Origin: Azolla caroliniana
Taxonomy: Eukaryota > Plantae > Polypodiophyta
Direction of reading: 5' to 3'
Assembly (NCBI GenBank): GCA_043228905.1
Contig: JBHGNT010000005.1
Span: forward strand, 13,516,001-13,580,000
Length of the DNA: 64,000 nt
The number at the start of each line of letters is the position of its first letter. Within the stretch, counting starts at the first letter, position 1. Below the pieces are notes generated by a model, which had not been told where the DNA came from, made no database searches, and saw only the letters and a program-made list of their open reading frames with translations. Position numbers and translations under genes: made by a program. Below, piece after piece: positions 59,712 through 64,000 of this stretch.

Positions 59712-60008
59712 AACTCCCCCTTCATTCCTATGGGTGGAGTCAGTTAGTCCTGTCCTTTGTCGACAGACTCTAAGTCTATCCATTGGTAGGTTCTTCCTCA
59801 ACATGTGGGATCCATTGTTGTCAGTATGGATCTTCACGAGGGTAAACTCTTCTTCCTCCACTTTCTCCCGCAACCAGTGATACCTTTTCTGTATGTGCTT
59901 GGTTCGGGATTGGTATGCAGCATTCTTAGCTAGAGGTATGGCACTCTGGCTATCACAATGAAGCAAGAAATCCATTTGCTTCATTCCCAACTTGCTGAGT
60001 GAATTTCT
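59712..60008 (-). pseudogene. Copia F RNase H C-terminus
   Basis: CDSQSAIPLAKNAAYQSRTKHIQKRYHWLRE. Confidence 0.9.
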
Positions 60009-60011
60009 TGT

Positions 60012-60302
60012 TGTTGGGGTGGGGGGTGAAGCCATTCTAGGCTTCACCCTCCTCCCCTCCAAAGGGGGTTACGATAGTGAGAGCTCTAGAGATAAAGACA
60101 AATTGAAAATGACACAAAATGAGAGGAGAAAAATGTATATCCATTAGATGCCCCATAAGGGGTTTATATAATACATAATGTAACGGTAAATAATGACTGT
60201 TACAAAAGAGACGGTTGTGACACTCTTGTCACATGCACATAATGTGCATGTGGTCACACACACTCATTTACTTTACACATACACATCAACCACATCATTA
60301 CA
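60012..60302 (-). repeat. Putative short LTR of an unidentified element
   Basis: TGTT...TACA ends, TATA-like box, purine-rich tract GAGGAGGCATAAGGGGATG just upstream on the minus strand; no partner LTR in the window. Confidence 0.45.
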
Positions 60303-60649
60303 CATCCCCTTATGCCTCCTCGTATATTCTTACGGGTAACACATGGCATGCCTGTGGGATAGTGCATTGCACGGTGAACCTACTCATCATGACAACTCTT
60401 CTCGACTGGAACTCCATCGGTCGTCTCAACGGTCGGAAATCCCTCGACCAGATCATTGCTCTACGATAGATAACTTCGATTAGAGCTTTGATTGACTCGA
60501 ACCTTCTCGTTTAGTCAGTAGAAGTCGCAATTGGATCATACACCAATCTAGTTCACTGTGGCATGGGTCGTGAAATCGTGTTGTGCATTTGTGTATTCTT
60601 TCTTTCATCATGTGAAGTGAGTTTAATATTTTGTACCCTTTGGTCTTTA

Positions 60650-60922
60650 AAATTCTGCCCTTAAATTTTTTTTAATTTTTACCATAGGCCCTCCTGTTTT
60701 TTTTAAAATATTCTCTTTTACCTTCCTTTTTTTTCTTTAAATTTCATCTTCTGCCCTTGAGCTTTTGAAAATTTGTCCTCTACCCTCCAATTTTTGAAAT
60801 TTGGTCTCGTGACCTGGAGCTTTTGAAATTCCATCATCTGCCCTCGAACTTCTGAAATTCGGTTTTGATGCCCTCCAATTTTGAAACTTTGCGATCTGCC
60901 CTCACGCTTTTTGAATGCCCCT
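60650..60922. repeat. Degenerate tandem array of about 28-30 bp
   Basis: Recurring tgccct....ttttgaaa motif. Confidence 0.7.
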
Positions 60923-60959
60923 CTCTTCTTGCTTCCATTCATATTCTCGCCTTTCACTT

Positions 60960-62650
60960 CTAACAGATTGCGGTGGCAGCGATGACGACGGTTGTTTAGA
61001 CCATTCGATGGAGATCAGGCCATGTACATATCATTCCAGGGTAATTCTCCAAGCTGCACATATCAATGTCATTGTCAAAATGACCAATGTGTAAAGTTTC
61101 TATAATATGTTATGTAGAGATCTTCTCTTCATCAGTAGTTGTGAGAGTGAGCGTTACGCGTTTGTTCTTCAATGCATTAGGTCCCAACCAACCATCTTAA
61201 ATGGGAACCAACCATAACTCTATATTTTCTAGAGAAACATTTTGAATGACGGGGGTATCAATGAGCTTGAACTATGGCAGAGGCACATTAAGTCTGGAGG
61301 CATGTAATCCGTAGTTTGCATTGCTACACATTCCAACATAGCTCTAATTTAGATTCGGACTCGGGCTCAAAGTTGCCATAGGAGGGGGAAAGAGCTTGGA
61401 TGGAAGTGATGGAGTGGGAGTAATGATAGTTGTCATAGTTGTGAAGAGTCTTTGGGACAGACAAATAGACACGCAAAGAGGAAGTATGAGATGATTAATG
61501 TAGAGAGGGGCTGATGATGGTTGGAGATGGCGATGGTTAAGGCATCACAAGCATATGCAAGGTCAACATCACAATCCTCCTCCTCCACTTATCGATTCTC
61601 TGTCATGATGTGGGTGTGTCTGCGTACATACATATCTGTAAAGCTGCCCTCGAGTCACTACCAACACCAATGGAAAAAGGAACGAGGAAGGTAGGAGAGA
61701 GAGAGGGAGAAGATTATTTGTCTACTTCCAAATCAATTTTCTCTGTAAGTGTTTCTGCAAGTGCTCGACTGATGGCCTACCATCAGGGCGCAACTCTAGA
61801 CCAAATCTTCTAGAATGCTTTTCTCCCATAATCTTATGTATCAATTTTTTTTCTCAGCCGTAGAAACATCTGCTTCGTCTCTTAGTTTAGTTGCTTTAGT
61901 TGCAATAAGACCGTTAGTATTGTGTAGGTTCTCCACCATAGAGCTAAAGGATTGAAGATGAACTTCATCTCTGGCTATAGATTTCCTTTGAGCTTCGATC
62001 TTCTCACCCTTCTGTGATCGGATGTTCTGCATGTCTTCTTCAAATCTCTGATCTCATGAAAAACCTCTCATCATAGATGTAGAGAGCCTTTCACCAAAAA
62101 CCTCTAATCCAAATGGCTCGCCATACAAAGAGTGTATGCACAAAAACAAACGCTCTACACAAAAAACTAGCAGAGAAATAGAGAGGGGACAGACAGAGAG
62201 ATTAGTGATAGAGAGGGAGAGTGAGGGAGAGAGAGAGTGACCTCTTCTCAAGGGAGGTCGTCCCACCAGGCGTGCCAAAAGTGTTACCGATTAGGAACAC
62301 TGTCTACGGTCAGTCCTTCGACGTAGACCTCAAGGTGACTGTGTTGCAAGGAAGGGTACCGTCGCACCGTAATACGTAATGGGATACTCCCTCATATCCT
62401 AGTAGCGTATAAGGGAGACGACTACAACAGAACCCCTTAGGAAGTGCACTTGTATCCGCACTTACGCCTACACTTTTACGATTAACAATACACAACAGAG
62501 AACAAGGAACACAATAGATAAAACCACAGATATGCACAAAAATTAGAGAAGATAGTATTCTATTAGAAAAATGCTCTATGCACCAAAATTACATGCTACC
62601 TCTTACAGAGGATTTCTACCCTTTATATACACAGGGCCGTTAGCCGCTCT
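60960..62650 (-). mobile_element. Remnant of a Tat-like Gypsy 5' end (truncated LTR, PBS, decayed coding region)
   Basis: PBS TGGCACGCCTGGTGGGAC (62260-62277, tRNA-Arg type) 4 nt from an LTR edge at 62282; short ORF fragments downstream. Confidence 0.55.
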
Positions 62651-63640
62651 TCAAGCTCTGATACCAGTTTTTCGGGATGGTATCATGGAATTACAAACAA
62701 GATACGCTGAAATGTACAAACAAATGCAAAGTACACAAAGACGCAGAGAATTTTACACGGAAACCAAAACGGGGAAAACCACGGGAACATAGATTCCACT
62801 ATACAAAGAGAATAAAGAAAACTGAAACAGATCTTCTTTCACGATCTTAAATGATAACCCACTCAGGTTTCTTGGCAGGTTCGCTAACTTTGCCGCTACT
62901 CTCTCTTCTCTATCACGCTCAACAAAAGAGGCTCACAACAACTCTAGTTTGCTCTATCACAGAAGACTCTATTCTACATCATATGATTGCCCTAGATGTA
63001 TTTATACTTATACGCGATATGGACTATTTACAAATGTAGTCCCTACTAATATCATTACTATTATTATCCTAATAACAATATCAGTTAATCAGCCGATTGG
63101 TCGACTAGTCGATTTGACTAGCTGACTCTTGTGTCGACTGTCCATTCGGTCCGACTAGTTGGCCTTATCGTCGACCATCTGGTTGGTCCAACTAGTTGGT
63201 CGTGTCTTTGACTTGGATCATCTATATACTCGACTCCCCCTTGTCCTCGATTGTCGGGTCTTGGCCCAAACAATTGGGTCCTCCTTGCCTTCGATTGTCG
63301 GCTCTCAACCCGACCAGTCAACTCCTCCCCATAGGAGAGACATATTCCTAACAGTATGTACAAAGTGTATATTGGTTTTGAATTTGAGTTTACGTTTTTC
63401 TCTCTCTGTATCTACCACTTTTACATAAAGAAACTCAAGTCTAGAATGTAAATCAATTTCAATGAGTTGAATTAGGTGGATCCCCAAGGAGTGTTGGGTC
63501 ATCAAACCAAGTCGGGACACCTAGTTGTAGTTGAGGCAAGTATCGAATCACGGTGGCATTACTATATGACATGCACCCCCTCCTAACCTACGCATCGTCT
63601 GGTACGTGCCAATTGGAGAAAACGTACCCAAATTCCTCTT

Positions 63641-64000
63641 TCACTTTATTTGAACAGTTGATGCACACCAATCATCTTCATTCAAATCCAGAATCGACGC
63701 GAGTGTCAACTTCACCCCCTCCGTTCGAAAAGCTAACTCATTTACATTCTCTTCTAGACTAATGTCTTGTGATGAAACTGTCATTACCGCTTCCAACTGG
63801 ATATTTATAGCTGCCAGTTCATGGACCACCTCTTCTTCAACATCTTCTTCCCAATTCGAATTAACTTCCATTGATTCTTCATCTAGCAAAATGTAAAGAA
63901 CAAGAGAGGCTCTTTTTTTAAAGAGTTTAATCCGTTTACCAACAATCGGAACTCGAAGAAGAGTTCCATCAATTTCTGATAAAAGATATGTTCCATTTTG
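63641..64000 (-). pseudogene. Gypsy integrase C-terminus (outer host element, runs off window)
   Basis: The frame upstream of the track ORF reads QNGTYLLSEIDGTLLRVPIVGKRIKLF, typical of the post-GPY/F region of non-chromovirus integrases. Confidence 0.7.

Larger units (their letters stand above)
32919..63353 (-). mobile_element. Copia F (Tork/Tnt1-like), mostly deleted, inserted in the 3' LTR of A
   Basis: TSD TTATG/GTATG; 3' LTR 32919-33469 plus 59586-59711; 5' LTR 62670-63353; PBS-iMet 62655-62666; only RNase H remains (59712-60008). Confidence 0.8.
1329..63425 (+). mobile_element. Copia A, outermost Ty1/copia element (Bryco/Lyco-like by inference), expanded by nested insertions
   Basis: TSD TAAAG at 1324-1328 and 63426-63430; 5' LTR 1329-1736; PBS-iMet; gag-pol continuous across the B and D insertion points; PPT 32659-32669; 3' LTR 32670-32918 plus 63354-63425. 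Confidence 0.85.

Overview
Eukaryotic (land-plant) heterochromatin with no host genes. The window is almost entirely one nested stack of LTR retrotransposons; the element types suggest a seed-free plant, probably a moss (inference). Matching target-site duplications (TSDs), LTR pairs, primer-binding sites (PBS) and interrupted reading frames let the stack be unpicked. Copia A spans 1329-63425 (TSD TAAAG) and contains three direct insertions. First, Copia B (3678-14572), which holds Gag-only element C (3709-8519). Second, Copia D (15562-30803), which holds solo-LTR S1 and Gypsy E (18663-27827). Third, Copia F (32919-63353), which holds Copia G (33470-59585); G in turn holds Copia H (containing Copia I), the young intact Copia J (47078-52476) and chromovirus K (containing solo-LTR S2). 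A itself appears to sit in the repeat-bearing 3' region of a Gypsy element whose integrase end lies at the right edge. Only J has an intact gag-pol ORF. The most unusual observations are: (1) a dual-PPT layout with a conserved post-RNase H protein tail in five related Copia copies; (2) antisense tRNA-like A/B boxes in the U3 of three Gypsy LTR families; (3) a tRNA-Trp-primed, Gag-only element with a repetitive Gag extension; (4) an extra ORF and a hairpin in place of a PPT in Gypsy E. Lineage names come from recognising motifs by eye, not from database searches.
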